A DNA stretch of 64,000 nt from a bacterium (GTDB lineage: Bacteria > Patescibacteriota > Minisyncoccia > Phycocordibacterales > Zambryskibacteraceae). Location of the stretch: contig JAUSGI010000008.1 in NCBI GenBank assembly GCA_030649135.1, positions 64,001 through 128,000 on the forward strand, read 5' to 3'. The notes beneath the pieces were generated by a model. It was not told where the DNA came from. It saw only the letters and a list, made by a program, of their open reading frames with translations, and did not search any database. This document shows positions 27,456-39,195 of the stretch, one piece after another; the first letter of the stretch is position 1, and every line of letters starts with the position of its first letter. The position numbers and the translations under genes were made by a program.

Positions 27456-28442
27456 TTACCGCTTTATAATTTTGTTGACTGCTCCGATAATACTTTTGGT
27501 GCCCATACCGTAGTGTTCTATGAGTTCATCTGGAGTTCCGGATTGGCCAAATTGGTCGTCTACGCCCAGAAACTCCATGGGCACCGGGAAATTTTTAGCT
27601 AAACATTCCGCCACGGCAGAACCCATACCACCACGAATTTGATGTTCTTCCAGAGTTATTATCCTGCCAACTTTCTTGGCAAATTTTACAATACTTTCTT
27701 CGTCTAAAGGTTTAATGGTCGCAAGGTTCACTACTTCTACTTCAATCCCCTGCTCCTCAAGCTCTTTAGCTGCTAGGAGTGCTCTGTGAAGAAGCGCCCC
27801 GGTAGCAATGATACCCGCTTGGGGCTTTTCGCTAGTCCAGTAAGTTTCTGCTTTACCAATCTTGAAGGGTGTTTGTTCTGTTGTTATAATAGGCGTCTTT
27901 TCACGGGCGAGGCGTATATAAACCGGCGTGCCTGTATCCACGCTTGCCAAAGTGGCTTTCTTGGCTTCTATGGCGTCGCAAGGAGAAAGTACCATCATGC
28001 GAGGAATAACGCGAGTGATAGCGATGTCTTCTATGGCCTGATGCGTCCCGCCATCAGGACCGACAGAGATGCCGGCATGGGAGCCGATAATCTTAACTGG
28101 CCTATCGTTATAACAAATATTGGTGCGAATCTGCTCCCAATTCCTACCGGGAGAAAACATGGCGTAAGAGCTGATGAAAGGAATCTTGCCCATCGCCGCT
28201 AAACCGCTGGCTACTCCGGCAAGGTTTTGTTCGGCCACTCCAACTTGAATAAATCGGTTCGGAAATTTCTCGGCAAACAGATTCATCTTGGTAGACTCTG
28301 TCAAATCAGCGCAGAGCCCCACTACCTGCATGTTTTTCTCCCCTGCCGCCAAAAGTCCTTCGCCGAATCCTTGCCGAATCGGTATTTGTTCTACATCCTT
28401 ATCAAATATCTTCGTATTCAGTTTTAAGTCAGGGTTTAGCAT
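27456..28442 (-). CDS. Transketolase, C-terminal (pyrimidine-binding) subunit
   Basis: ...FIQVGVAEQNLAGVASGLA... Typical split-transketolase B subunit. Confidence 0.9.
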   Translation of the reverse strand: MLNPDLKLNTKIFDKDVEQIPIRQGFGEGLLAAGEKNMQVVGLCADLTESTKMNLFAEKFPNRFIQVGVAEQNLAGVASGLAAMGKIPFISSYAMFSPGRNWEQIRTNICYNDRPVKIIGSHAGISVGPDGGTHQAIEDIAITRVIPRMMVLSPCDAIEAKKATLASVDTGTPVYIRLAREKTPIITTEQTPFKIGKAETYWTSEKPQAGIIATGALLHRALLAAKELEEQGIEVEVVNLATIKPLDEESIVKFAKKVGRIITLEEHQIRGGMGSAVAECLAKNFPVPMEFLGVDDQFGQSGTPDELIEHYGMGTKSIIGAVNKIIKR

Positions 28443-28465
28443 TATTTATAGTGAGTTTATCGAAC

Positions 28466-29077
28466 CTACCTATTTTTATTAGTCCATAAATTATCCCACC
28501 AACTTGACGGGTCCTCGCTTAAAGCTATTTTAGCCAGGGCCTTGCCACTTTTTGTCTTGAATCTTTCCAAGTATTTGTCCTTCTCGCCCCCTTCACCCGG
28601 TTTTCCTTCTAACCAAATCAAAGCTTCTTTATTGCCTTGCCAAACGTACTCTCGTAAGAGAAAAAGTTGGTCAATCAGGTCAGCCTCTTTGGCTATTATA
28701 GCCTCCACGCTTTCCCGCTTGTCATACTCGTCGGCGATTTCCTTCAAATCTCCGAAGGGCAAAGTGCCGAGTTGTTCAGCTTTAATCTCCTCGTCGAAGA
28801 TTTTGACATATTTTTTGTGAATCCAGTTGTGGTCCCCCGTTCTGACTTCGCCCATATCATGAGTAAGGCACATCATCACAACCTTATAAGGATCCGCTTT
28901 CTCCATTTTGGCCAAAAACCAGCCTATTAATGTTGCCCGATAGGAGTGAGTGGCAATATTGTCTGACATGTCATCCGTCAGAAGAGTTTGGCGGTGCATG
29001 CGCGGTAATTTGCGCATGGTACCCATTTCAAAAAGGAACCTGACTATCTTTTGTTCGTTTGAATCACTCATGTTCAC
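28466..29077 (-). CDS. HD-domain phosphohydrolase (YfbR-like 5'-deoxynucleotidase family)
   Basis: H...HD motif (THSYRA...LTHDMGEVRTGDH). 203 aa. Confidence 0.75.
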   Translation of the reverse strand: MNMSDSNEQKIVRFLFEMGTMRKLPRMHRQTLLTDDMSDNIATHSYRATLIGWFLAKMEKADPYKVVMMCLTHDMGEVRTGDHNWIHKKYVKIFDEEIKAEQLGTLPFGDLKEIADEYDKRESVEAIIAKEADLIDQLFLLREYVWQGNKEALIWLEGKPGEGGEKDKYLERFKTKSGKALAKIALSEDPSSWWDNLWTNKNR

Positions 29078-29957
29078 TTCTTATTTTACCGCCCAGAGTC
29101 CGTAATTCGGACAAAGCCACATCACCCTGTTTATCAGCCGGCACTTTATCGGTCGGACCTTTGCCGGGAGGACTGCCGTGCCAGCGGTAATCACGTTCAA
29201 ATTCCGGAACTCCCTTACCTGCGATAGTATGAGCAATAATTACGGTTGGTTTGCCGAATATCCCCTTAGCCGCCTCGAAGGCATCAGCAATTTCTTCGAT
29301 ATTGTGCCCATCTATTTCAATCACGTGCCAATTCCAAGCGCACCATTTATCGGAAAGTGATTCAAGTGGCATAATATTTTCGGTATACCCCTCTATCTGG
29401 ATATTATTTCTGTCTATTACGGCAGTCAGGTTGTGTAGCTTCTCTTTGCCCGCAAGCATGGCTGCCTCCCAAGTCTGCCCGCAATCCTGCTCCCCGTCGG
29501 AGAGGAGCGCGTAGATGCGTCGCTCACTTGTCAGACCGTAGTCAATCTTATCGGCAAGCGCCATACCAACTGCTTGGGAAAGCCCGGAGCCAAGTGGTCC
29601 GGAACTGGACTCTAACATTGGCAAAAAATCTCGGTGCGGATGTCCCTGCAGGCGTGAGCCGAACTTTCGGAGAGTCTTGAGCTCTTCGACCGGAAAATAA
29701 CCGGCATGAGCCATGGTCGAGTAGAGCACCGGACAAATATGGCCATTCGAGAGTACCAACCTGTCCCGTTCCGGCCAGTCTGGTTTCTGGGGATTATGCT
29801 TCAGGGTATGAAAGTATAGTACGGTAAAGATATCGGCCATATCTAAAGGTCCCGCGGTATGCCCGGAGCCGGCGGTAATAAGCGCTTCAATAAGCGAGAT
29901 GCGAATGTTATTCGCCTTCTCTTTAAGTTCGGTTAATTTTTCGTCAGTGATTTCCAT
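29064..29957 (-). CDS. Transketolase, N-terminal (TPP-binding) subunit
   Basis: GSGHTAGPLDMADIF...LSNGH motifs. Confidence 0.9.
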   Translation of the reverse strand: MEITDEKLTELKEKANNIRISLIEALITAGSGHTAGPLDMADIFTVLYFHTLKHNPQKPDWPERDRLVLSNGHICPVLYSTMAHAGYFPVEELKTLRKFGSRLQGHPHRDFLPMLESSSGPLGSGLSQAVGMALADKIDYGLTSERRIYALLSDGEQDCGQTWEAAMLAGKEKLHNLTAVIDRNNIQIEGYTENIMPLESLSDKWCAWNWHVIEIDGHNIEEIADAFEAAKGIFGKPTVIIAHTIAGKGVPEFERDYRWHGSPPGKGPTDKVPADKQGDVALSELRTLGGKIRSEHE

Positions 29958-30493
29958 AATTCTTGAAAGCCCGACCCGACCACCAACCTATCTGCGCCGG
30001 CATTTTGGAGCGCCTGATAGTTGGTAATATTGATTCCCCCATCAATGCTCATCGGCACTTGGGGAAACTTTTCTTTAACCTTTTTTATTCTATCAAAAAT
30101 CTGTTCATCTAGCGGATGTCCTTGCGCGCCAATCTGGGCGATAGACATGAGATGGATAAAATCTATTTGAGGTACAAGCGGGGAAACTTCTTCTAACGGT
30201 GTTTCGAGTTCTACTGCCAAGCCAATCTCCACTTTGCCTTTAAACTTACTAATCTTTTCTTCGAGAGTATGAACGATAATTCTCTTGGCTCCCCTCTTCA
30301 CCCAGCGCTCTACAATTTCTCCTGGTTGCTTTACCATCAAGTGCACTTCAAAGTTGATGCCCAGAGGCTCTATCCAGATATCTGCCTCGAGCGTATCAAG
30401 GTGCACCAATCTTACCTCCTTTGGTATCTGGGAGAGCTTAAAATCTAAATCGGCAATGTTGGTAGGTAAAATAGCCGGGATAATTTCACTCAT
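29933..30493 (-). CDS. rpe: Ribulose-phosphate 3-epimerase-like protein (short)
   Basis: HLMV and SIDGGIN motifs of the RPE TIM barrel. 186 aa. Confidence 0.7.
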   Translation of the reverse strand: MSEIIPAILPTNIADLDFKLSQIPKEVRLVHLDTLEADIWIEPLGINFEVHLMVKQPGEIVERWVKRGAKRIIVHTLEEKISKFKGKVEIGLAVELETPLEEVSPLVPQIDFIHLMSIAQIGAQGHPLDEQIFDRIKKVKEKFPQVPMSIDGGINITNYQALQNAGADRLVVGSGFQELWKSLTKN

Positions 30494-30962
30494 GAATACG
30501 ATTCATTTTAGTAATACGCCTCGCATATTTTTCCGTATTCTTAAATGGAGTATCGAGCCATTCTTTGACCACCTCTTTCATCTCTTCTTCGGTGATAAAT
30601 CTCGCTCCTAAAGAAAGTACGTTGGCATCGTTGTCAGCTCGGGAGATCTTGATGATTGACTCGTGCTCTTCTTGCACTACGCATTGTCCCTGTCCATAAT
30701 AAACCGTAGCCCGGACGTTATTAAATTTGTTGGCCGCCATGCCTTCTCCCTGGCCGGAACCGCCCAGGACAATCCCTCTCACTTCATTGGGGTGCATTGA
30801 GACTTCGCGGGCTACTGGAATGATGAAATCGGGATAGTCGTCTTCCTCGTTGTATTCAAAGGCACCCTTATCCCCCACTTCGTAACCAAGCCCCTGGAGA
30901 AAAGGAACTAGTTTTTCCTTAAGTCCGAATCCGGCATGGTCAGAACCTACGAAAATTTTCAT
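30486..30962 (-). CDS. rpiB: Ribose-5-phosphate isomerase B
   Basis: MKIFVGSDHAGF...GIVLGGSGQGE. Confidence 0.85.
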   Translation of the reverse strand: MKIFVGSDHAGFGLKEKLVPFLQGLGYEVGDKGAFEYNEEDDYPDFIIPVAREVSMHPNEVRGIVLGGSGQGEGMAANKFNNVRATVYYGQGQCVVQEEHESIIKISRADNDANVLSLGARFITEEEMKEVVKEWLDTPFKNTEKYARRITKMNRIHE

Positions 30963-30963
30963 A

Positions 30964-31953
30964 TCATTTGATGTGCGAGCCTAACTTAATAACATGCTCT
31001 AAGAGCGTGTAGCAGTACCCCATTTCGTTGTCATACCAAGCGAGCACTTTCACCAAGTTACCGCCGACCACGCGAGTGAAGTTAAGGTCGGCAATCGAGC
31101 CGTAGGGACTACTTAAAATATCCGAGGAGACCAGTTCTTCTTCAGTAACAGTGAAGATTCTTTTCCACCTCTCCTCGCCCGATGCTTTCTTCAAAATGTT
31201 GTTTACCTCCTCGACGGTAGTTGCCCTTTTGGATACAAAGGTGATGTCTACAATAGAACCAGCCACAACCGGTACCCGCATAGCGATGCCATCGAACAAT
31301 CCGTTAAGCTTGGTAAATGCTTTAGTCACAGCAATAGCGGCACCTGTGGAGGATGGCACTATATTTTGCGCTGCAGCGCGTCCCTCCCGGAAGCCTCTCT
31401 GGGAAGGACCATCCACTAAAGACTGTGAAGCTGTATAGCCGTGGGTAGTGTTCAAAACCGCTTTCTCTATACCGATGGCTTCATCGAGAATAGCAATTAA
31501 AGGACTGCCGGCATTGGTGGTACAGGAAGCATTGGAAGTAATAAGGCAAGTAGAAAGTTTTTCTTCATTTACCCCCATGAGTACTGTGGCTCCCTCAATA
31601 CCCCCAATCGGTTCATCTTTCATCGGAGCAGTTACCACTACCCTCTTAGCTCCGGCATCAAGATGCGCCTTCGAGCCGGCGTAGCTTGCAAAAAATCCCG
31701 TGGATTCAATAACTACATCTATATTGAGTTCTTTCCATGGCAGGTTACTTGGGTCTTTCTCCTGGAAAAATTTAACATCAAATTTGCCGTTCCAGTTGCC
31801 GTAAACGGTGTCATGCTTTAATAGATACTCAATGTTCTCCCGGTCACCCAAGTCGTTAACAGCCACCACCTCGACCTCCGGTCGCTCGACAGCCAATTTA
31901 TAAAAAGCCCTGCCGATTCTACCCGCCCCATTGATTGCCACTCGTATTGCCAT
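30964..31953 (-). CDS. gap: Glyceraldehyde-3-phosphate dehydrogenase
   Basis: INGAGRIGR NAD motif. SCTTN active-site cysteine. Confidence 0.95.
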   Translation of the reverse strand: MAIRVAINGAGRIGRAFYKLAVERPEVEVVAVNDLGDRENIEYLLKHDTVYGNWNGKFDVKFFQEKDPSNLPWKELNIDVVIESTGFFASYAGSKAHLDAGAKRVVVTAPMKDEPIGGIEGATVLMGVNEEKLSTCLITSNASCTTNAGSPLIAILDEAIGIEKAVLNTTHGYTASQSLVDGPSQRGFREGRAAAQNIVPSSTGAAIAVTKAFTKLNGLFDGIAMRVPVVAGSIVDITFVSKRATTVEEVNNILKKASGEERWKRIFTVTEEELVSSDILSSPYGSIADLNFTRVVGGNLVKVLAWYDNEMGYCYTLLEHVIKLGSHIK

Positions 31954-31954
31954 C

Positions 31955-32398
31955 CTAGAATTGTACCATAGCGCCTATATCAATAAAGTGTCGAGCGCTA
32001 AATCCAGCCGGAAGTTCCAAGACGTATTGGACTACTTGATTGGGATAGAAAATTTGTGGAAAAGTATCCGGCGATACTTCCTTGTTTATATCAACAACAC
32101 GAAAATTATTATCAATCCAGACGATATCAATGGCAAAACGCATATCTTTCATCCAAAAGCCGTCTTGAACCGGATTACCAAATATAAAAAGCATACCCGT
32201 TCCTGCCGGAAGCGTTTTCCTACCCGACAAACCCTTGGCGCGCGTTTGCGGGGTATCAACTACCTCAACTTGTATGCTGGTATCGTTTATTTTTATAATT
32301 TTTGTCTGGCTTTCGGGAACTACTGGGCGGCTGAAGAACAGAAAAACTGACCCGAGTATAATGAGGAGTCCCAAGACAAGAAAGAAGAAATTCTTCAT
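31955..32398 (-). CDS. DUF192 domain protein
   Basis: MLFIF...FWMKDMRFAIDIVWID pattern of DUF192/COG1430. N-terminal TM. Confidence 0.6.
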   Translation of the reverse strand: MKNFFFLVLGLLIILGSVFLFFSRPVVPESQTKIIKINDTSIQVEVVDTPQTRAKGLSGRKTLPAGTGMLFIFGNPVQDGFWMKDMRFAIDIVWIDNNFRVVDINKEVSPDTFPQIFYPNQVVQYVLELPAGFSARHFIDIGAMVQF

Positions 32399-32412
32399 CT
32401 TTTTATTATAAC

Positions 32413-32437
32413 AAACCCCGCCAGAGGCGGGGTTTGT
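32413..32437. terminator. Hairpin AACCCCGCC-aga-GGCGGGGTT, intrinsic terminator candidate
   Basis: Perfect 9 bp GC-rich stem with a U-rich flank. Lies after the RRM gene. Confidence 0.55.
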
Positions 32438-32460
32438 TCACTAACTGCTTTCGCAGTTAA

Positions 32461-32742
32461 TTACATAGGTCGACGATCGCGAGGAGCGCGAGGCTCTAGC
32501 GGGCGAGCAACATTGACAGTCAACTTTCTACCTTCGTAGTCTTGACCATTGTACATGTTAATCGCTGCTTGAGCTTCATCATCATTTGACATCTCGACGA
32601 ATCCGAAACCTTTGCTTCTGCCGGTCATGCGATCAATAATAATTGATGCAGAGGAGACAGCTCCAGCCTTTGCGAACAAGTCGCTAAGGGCTGCTTCTGT
32701 CGTGGAATAAGGAATCCCACCGACGTATAGCTTTGTTGCCAT
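32461..32742 (-). CDS. RRM-type RNA-binding protein
   Basis: RNP-2 (LYVGGIP) and RNP-1 (KGFGFVEM) motifs. Start placed at MATKLYV, although the ORF frame is open up to 32772. Confidence 0.8.
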   Translation of the reverse strand: MATKLYVGGIPYSTTEAALSDLFAKAGAVSSASIIIDRMTGRSKGFGFVEMSNDDEAQAAINMYNGQDYEGRKLTVNVARPLEPRAPRDRRPM

Positions 32743-32890
32743 TTTATTTGTGCCGACATTTAAGTTAAGCATGTAAGTGTCGGACCGATCTCATCTCGCG
32801 CTCTCTCTCGGATAAACCTCAAGTAACCTCTCAACGAGAACCTTACATTGCTTGATTATAGCATATAGTCCTAATTTGTGCAAACTTGCT

Positions 32891-33097
32891 TTAACCATCC
32901 TTTCTTTTAAACCAACCCTTTAATTTATCCCATAGTAAGACTCTAAGTCCCAATAACTCTAAACCTACGAGCAAAAGAAAGCCTACCGGTGTAAAAGGGG
33001 TGATTACGGACAGCAAGCCGATAATGACCAACACCACACCGGTAACTTTTCTGACCTTGGGATTATCAGTCCAAATTTTTTTAAAATATTCTTTCAC
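32891..33097 (-). CDS. Small membrane protein (68 aa)
   Basis: Two predicted TM helices. Contiguous with the upstream small gene. Confidence 0.4.
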   Translation of the reverse strand: MKEYFKKIWTDNPKVRKVTGVVLVIIGLLSVITPFTPVGFLLLVGLELLGLRVLLWDKLKGWFKRKDG

Positions 33098-33358
33098 TTA
33101 AAGTGGACAAACCGTATCCCCCCTCTGACATTTATCGTAATACTCCTGTGTCACGCAATTTAGAGGGACCCCATAATTTACACAACCCGCCGGACATTTT
33201 CCATTGGCATCCGGGTCAACATTACATTGACTATTATCTACAGCGGGCGGCGTCAGATAAACTGCGTTTTGTTTGGTGTAAACAAAATAAGAACCTGCTC
33301 CGATAACCACAATGGCAGCTATGATAAGGGCTATATTTATAAATCCTTTTTGGTGCAT
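33098..33358 (-). CDS. Small secreted/membrane-anchored Cys-rich protein (86 aa)
   Basis: N-terminal TM and 6 Cys in the C-terminal half. Confidence 0.4.
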   Translation of the reverse strand: MHQKGFINIALIIAAIVVIGAGSYFVYTKQNAVYLTPPAVDNSQCNVDPDANGKCPAGCVNYGVPLNCVTQEYYDKCQRGDTVCPL

Positions 33359-33390
33359 ATTGTTCTCTCAATTATACCACGATTCCCAAC

Positions 33391-33478
33391 TGGCGGAGGC
33401 GGAGAGAGTCGAACTCTCGAGGGCTTGCGCCCTACACGCTTTCCAAGCGTGCGCACTAGACCACTATGCGACGCCTCC
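33391..33478 (-). tRNA. tRNA-Ser (anticodon GGA)
   Basis: Reverse complement GGAGGCGTCGCATAGTGGTCTAGTGCGCACGCTTGGAAAGCGTGTAGGGCGCAAGCCCTCGAGAGTTCGACTCTCTCCGCCTCCGCCA. Long variable arm. Confidence 0.85.
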
Positions 33479-33537
33479 GTGATTGAAGCATACTAACCCA
33501 ATTTCCGCCTTTTTAAAATCTCCACCCATATTTTTTC

Positions 33538-34368
33538 TTACCACCGACCACTCGCTCCCCCGCCACCGGACATTCCCCCGCCGAAACCACCGAAGCCACC
33601 GGAGTGGCCACCTCCCCTGCCTCCGCCAATCCACCATGGCGGTACTCCGCCCCGCGTGACCGCATTTTTGTAAGCTCGAGAAACCAGAAAGTCGAAAACC
33701 AATCCGACCAAAATGCTTAAGCCAATGAACAAAACGCCGGATAAAAATATAAATCCCAGAACGCCTCCTATGATACCACCCGCCCACCACGACTTTGACC
33801 TACCTAAAATTGAGGCAAAGTAAATTAAGATAAAGATAGCGTAAGGAAAAAAGTTTGACCAATTCTCACCGCCGGATTCTACCCCAGAAGGTAATTCCTC
33901 ACCTCCTATAAGTCCGATAATGATGTTAATAGCATCATTGATACCGCCATCATAATTGCCCGCCCGAAATGCCGGTACAATAATCTCTCTGATGATTCTT
34001 CCGCTGTCGATGTCCGTAACTACCGACTCCAATCCGTAACCGACTTCTATACGCACCTCTTTATCCTCGAGAGATACCAGAAGAAGCAGGCCGTTATCTT
34101 CCTTTTCCTTACCGATTTTCCATTCTTGAAACAGTTTTTCCGCGTAAGTCTCGATAGTCTCGTCTTCGAGCTTAGGGATAGTGACTACCGTAATTTCATT
34201 ACTGGTATCTTCTGCAAACTGCGTCAATCTCTGATTGAGACTCGAAATAGTTTCCGGTTTGAGAACTTTCGCAAAATCATTGACAAATCCCATCGGCTGG
34301 CCGGGAGAAATATAGCCCAGGACAATAGCCGGAAATATCAAAGAGAAAACGAGAGCAGACCACCTCAT
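33538..34368 (-). CDS. TPM-domain protein (TLP18.3/Psb32-like) with a Gly-rich C-terminal tail
   Basis: GFVNDFAKVL...ITVVTIP pattern. TM. GGGxGG tail. Confidence 0.75.
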   Translation of the reverse strand: MRWSALVFSLIFPAIVLGYISPGQPMGFVNDFAKVLKPETISSLNQRLTQFAEDTSNEITVVTIPKLEDETIETYAEKLFQEWKIGKEKEDNGLLLLVSLEDKEVRIEVGYGLESVVTDIDSGRIIREIIVPAFRAGNYDGGINDAINIIIGLIGGEELPSGVESGGENWSNFFPYAIFILIYFASILGRSKSWWAGGIIGGVLGFIFLSGVLFIGLSILVGLVFDFLVSRAYKNAVTRGGVPPWWIGGGRGGGHSGGFGGFGGGMSGGGGASGRW

Positions 34369-34371
34369 CGC

Positions 34372-34929
34372 TTATTCGAGATTTACTGTAGGAGATGTCT
34401 CGGCCCCACTAGCTGATTCGAAGTATGAACGTTCACCAAAACCAAGCAATCCCGCCAGAATATTCTTAGGAAATCTTTTTACGGAGATATTATAGTCACG
34501 AATCATGTCGTTGAAGCGGATGCGTTCCACCGAGATACGGTTCTCCGTACCTTCAAGCTGGGTCATCAGGTCTCGCACATTGGAGGAAGACTGTAATTGC
34601 GGATAGTTCTCCATCACTACGAGGAGTCTCGCGAAAGCATTTTCGACTTGGCTCGCAGCGAGGGCCTTATCATTGGCGGAAGTAGCGCCGGCGTAGCGAG
34701 TGCGGGCTTCGGCAATATCACCGAAAATCTTTTGCTCTTGAGTTAAGATGCCTTTAACCGAATTTACCAAGTTAGGGATAAGGTCAAATCGTCTCTGATA
34801 CTGTGTTTCCACTTTGGCCCACTGGGCGTCGGCCGCTTCGTTCAATGAAATCAGGCCGTTATAACCAGAAAATCCCCAAATGACGAGAAGAACGAGCACT
34901 CCTATAATTGCCAAAACGCTTTTGTTCAT
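34372..34929 (-). CDS. lemA: LemA family protein
   Basis: WAKVETQYQRRFDLIPNLV motif. Start placed at MNKSVLAII to avoid overlap with groEL (the ORF frame is open up to 35034). Confidence 0.8.
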   Translation of the reverse strand: MNKSVLAIIGVLVLLVIWGFSGYNGLISLNEAADAQWAKVETQYQRRFDLIPNLVNSVKGILTQEQKIFGDIAEARTRYAGATSANDKALAASQVENAFARLLVVMENYPQLQSSSNVRDLMTQLEGTENRISVERIRFNDMIRDYNISVKRFPKNILAGLLGFGERSYFESASGAETSPTVNLE

Positions 34930-34963
34930 ATCTTTTTGGTTAGTTACCAAATTGTAAACTAAT

Positions 34964-36628
<1,665 letters not shown>

Positions 36629-37009
36629 TTATTTAATGACTGCTAAAATATTGTCTTCTTTCAAGAGATAAAGTTCCTCGCCGCCCTGTTCAACTTCGTC
36701 ATATCCGTATTTGGAAAAGATGACAACGTCGCCAACCTTAAGACGCACCGGTACCAATTTTCCCTCGATCCATTTCCCCTCCCCGACGGCTAAAACTTTA
36801 CCTTGAGCCGATTTCTCTTTGGTCACGGATTCAGGGAGAATAAAATTGAGTGGAGACTTTTTACCTTGAGCTTGCCCCGCCACGGCGGGGCGCAGTCGAA
36901 TCTCTTCTTCGGTAAAAGGACGAACCAGAACTCTGTCCCCAAAAGGCTTGATCTGGGCTTTTGCTTGCCCGGAGTTTTTGCGAGGGGTTTTTGTATTTTT
37001 CTTTTTCAT
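36629..37009 (-). CDS. groES: Co-chaperonin GroES (with an N-terminal basic extension and a loop insertion)
   Basis: KPFGDRVLVRP...GKVLAVGEG... Confidence 0.9.
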   Translation of the reverse strand: MKKKNTKTPRKNSGQAKAQIKPFGDRVLVRPFTEEEIRLRPAVAGQAQGKKSPLNFILPESVTKEKSAQGKVLAVGEGKWIEGKLVPVRLKVGDVVIFSKYGYDEVEQGGEELYLLKEDNILAVIK

Positions 37010-37127
37010 ATTGCCCGCACATTATATTCAAAAAAATCATAAAGTCAAATTAAATGGTTTGCGTGGCTGGTTTAAATTGTGCTAGTATAACCCGGTACAG
37101 GCCCCTCGACCTTACTCGGGGTAAACA

Positions 37128-37355
37128 ATGGCCCAGATTCTTCCCTACATTCAGATTCTTTTGAGCATCCTTCTTATAGGAGGAGTGCTCCTCCAGCGCT
37201 CGGAAGCCAGCCTCGGTTCCGCCTTTGGAGGGGACAGTGCGATAGGAGGTCGTTTCATGCGACGTGGATTTGAAAAAATTCTTTTCAACGCTACGGTAGT
37301 AGTGGCTATCCTTTTCGCCCTTTCCGCTTTTGCCAGTCTTTTCCTCGACCGGTAA
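37128..37355 (+). CDS. secG: Preprotein translocase subunit SecG
   Basis: MAQILPYIQILLSILLIGGVLLQ...FGG is SecG-like. Two TM helices. Confidence 0.75.
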   Translation: MAQILPYIQILLSILLIGGVLLQRSEASLGSAFGGDSAIGGRFMRRGFEKILFNATVVVAILFALSAFASLFLDR

Positions 37356-37361
37356 GTAACA

Positions 37362-39119
37362 ATGAATTATAAAGAATTGCAAGTGCTTCTCTTGAAGCGC
37401 TTCAGTATGCCCAAGGAACGTTTAGTACGCGGAATTCTGCGTTCTTTCTCCATAGCGGAAAAGGCGGTGTTCTTTTTCTTAGTCTCGGTCTTTGTATTTT
37501 CCGGCACCACTCTCCTATGGAAAGTGAGCAGTACCTATCTCGTCGAAGTACCTACCGAAGGCGGCACCCTGACGGAAGGCGTAGTCGGTAATCCGCGCTT
37601 TATTAACCCGGTGCTGGCTATATCGGAAGCTGACAAGAATTTGGTAGCTCTGCTTTACTCCGGCTTGGTACGCGTCACCCCGGAAGGCCAGACGGAAAAT
37701 GATTTGGCGGAAAAAGTGGAAATTTCAAATAATCGCCTAGTTTATACGGTTCAAATTCACCAAGATGCCCATTTCCATGACGGTACGCCAGTGACGGCTG
37801 ACGATGTAATTTTTACTATCCAGAAAATTATTGACCCGAGTATTAAAAGTCCCAGAAGGGGCAATTGGGATGGGGTTGAGGTCGAGAAAATCGACGACAG
37901 AACCGTCTCGTTTACTCTAAGACAGGCATACACTCCCTTCATCTACAACTTGGCGGTAGGCATCTTGCCCAAACATATTTGGAAAAATGTTTCCCCCGAC
38001 GAGTTTTCCTTTAGTCAGTTTAATACTCTTCCCGTCGGTTCCGGACCGTATCAGGTTGAAAGTGTCGAGAGAAATTCCGGTGGCATACCCAATTTATACA
38101 AATTAATCCCCTTTGAGAACACGCCCGGTAAAACACCCTTTATCAAAAATCTAGTGTTCAGATTTTATCCTAGCGAAGCCGAATTGATTATGGCCCATAA
38201 CACAAATGCGGTAGAAAGCCTTAGCGGTATCTCGCCAGAGAGAGTACAGGAGCTCGAAATAAACGATTCCCGCATTGTTTCCTCCGCTCTACCTCGCGTT
38301 TTTGCCGTCTTTTTCAACCAAAGTAAATCCAAGGCGCTTTTAAATAGAGAGGTGCGCCAAGCGCTTGACCTTGCCAGTCCCAAGGAAGAAATAGTCGAAA
38401 AAATTTTCGACGGCTACGCTACCGTTATCGACGGCCCAATGCCCGCCGGCATATACTCTTGGACCAATACCGACAAGAACAGACCTCCACTTGACCAGAG
38501 ATTAGAGACAGCGCAAGCATTACTTGCCAAAGCAGGTTGGAAAATGAACACGGAGACGGAAGTGCTTGAAAAGAAATCCGCTTCTGGTACAATGACCTTG
38601 TCGTTTGCAATCTCTACCGGTGATGCCCCCGAACTTCAACAGGTAGCGAATGAGCTCGTTGCTCAATGGGGAAAACTCGGCGCCAAGGTCAATGTTCTCG
38701 TCTTCGAGACTGGTGACCTTAACCAAAACGTCATACGCCCGAGAAACTTCGACGCCCTTCTCTTCGGTGAGGTAGTAAGCAGAGATGCCGACCTGTATCC
38801 ATTCTGGCATTCTTCTCAGAGAGCCGACCCCGGGCTCAATATCGCTCTCTATGCCAATAGTCGGGCCGACAAGGAACTCGACAATGCCCGAAGTGCAAGT
38901 AACCCGCAAGCGGCGGAAGAAAGTTACAAGGCCTTCACGAAAGAGTTGGAGGCCGATATGCCGGCAGTCTTCCTCTATACGCCAAGTTTCCTTTATGTCG
39001 TACCGGAAAAAATAGCGGCCTTGAGTCTAAACTCTCTGACGGTTGCTCAAGATAGATTCCTGGGTATTAGAGAATGGTATATCGAAACAGATAAAGTTTG
39101 GAAAATATTCGTTAACTAA
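37362..39119 (+). CDS. Extracellular solute-binding protein, family 5 (OppA/DppA-like), orphan
   Basis: N-terminal TM anchor. SBP_bac_5-like sequence. No adjacent permease genes. Confidence 0.75.
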   Translation: MNYKELQVLLLKRFSMPKERLVRGILRSFSIAEKAVFFFLVSVFVFSGTTLLWKVSSTYLVEVPTEGGTLTEGVVGNPRFINPVLAISEADKNLVALLYSGLVRVTPEGQTENDLAEKVEISNNRLVYTVQIHQDAHFHDGTPVTADDVIFTIQKIIDPSIKSPRRGNWDGVEVEKIDDRTVSFTLRQAYTPFIYNLAVGILPKHIWKNVSPDEFSFSQFNTLPVGSGPYQVESVERNSGGIPNLYKLIPFENTPGKTPFIKNLVFRFYPSEAELIMAHNTNAVESLSGISPERVQELEINDSRIVSSALPRVFAVFFNQSKSKALLNREVRQALDLASPKEEIVEKIFDGYATVIDGPMPAGIYSWTNTDKNRPPLDQRLETAQALLAKAGWKMNTETEVLEKKSASGTMTLSFAISTGDAPELQQVANELVAQWGKLGAKVNVLVFETGDLNQNVIRPRNFDALLFGEVVSRDADLYPFWHSSQRADPGLNIALYANSRADKELDNARSASNPQAAEESYKAFTKELEADMPAVFLYTPSFLYVVPEKIAALSLNSLTVAQDRFLGIREWYIETDKVWKIFVN

Positions 39120-39195
39120 AATTTAAGGAAACATGCTTAATACATTTACGAGTGGTCTGCGCCACAAAAATATTCATAGGAGATCTAACGCACCC

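Noticed and set aside
28171-28200. Second CUGAUGA...GAAA occurrence inside the transketolase C-subunit gene
   Set aside because: No helix II complementarity between the cores and it is inside a conserved coding region, so it is a chance match.
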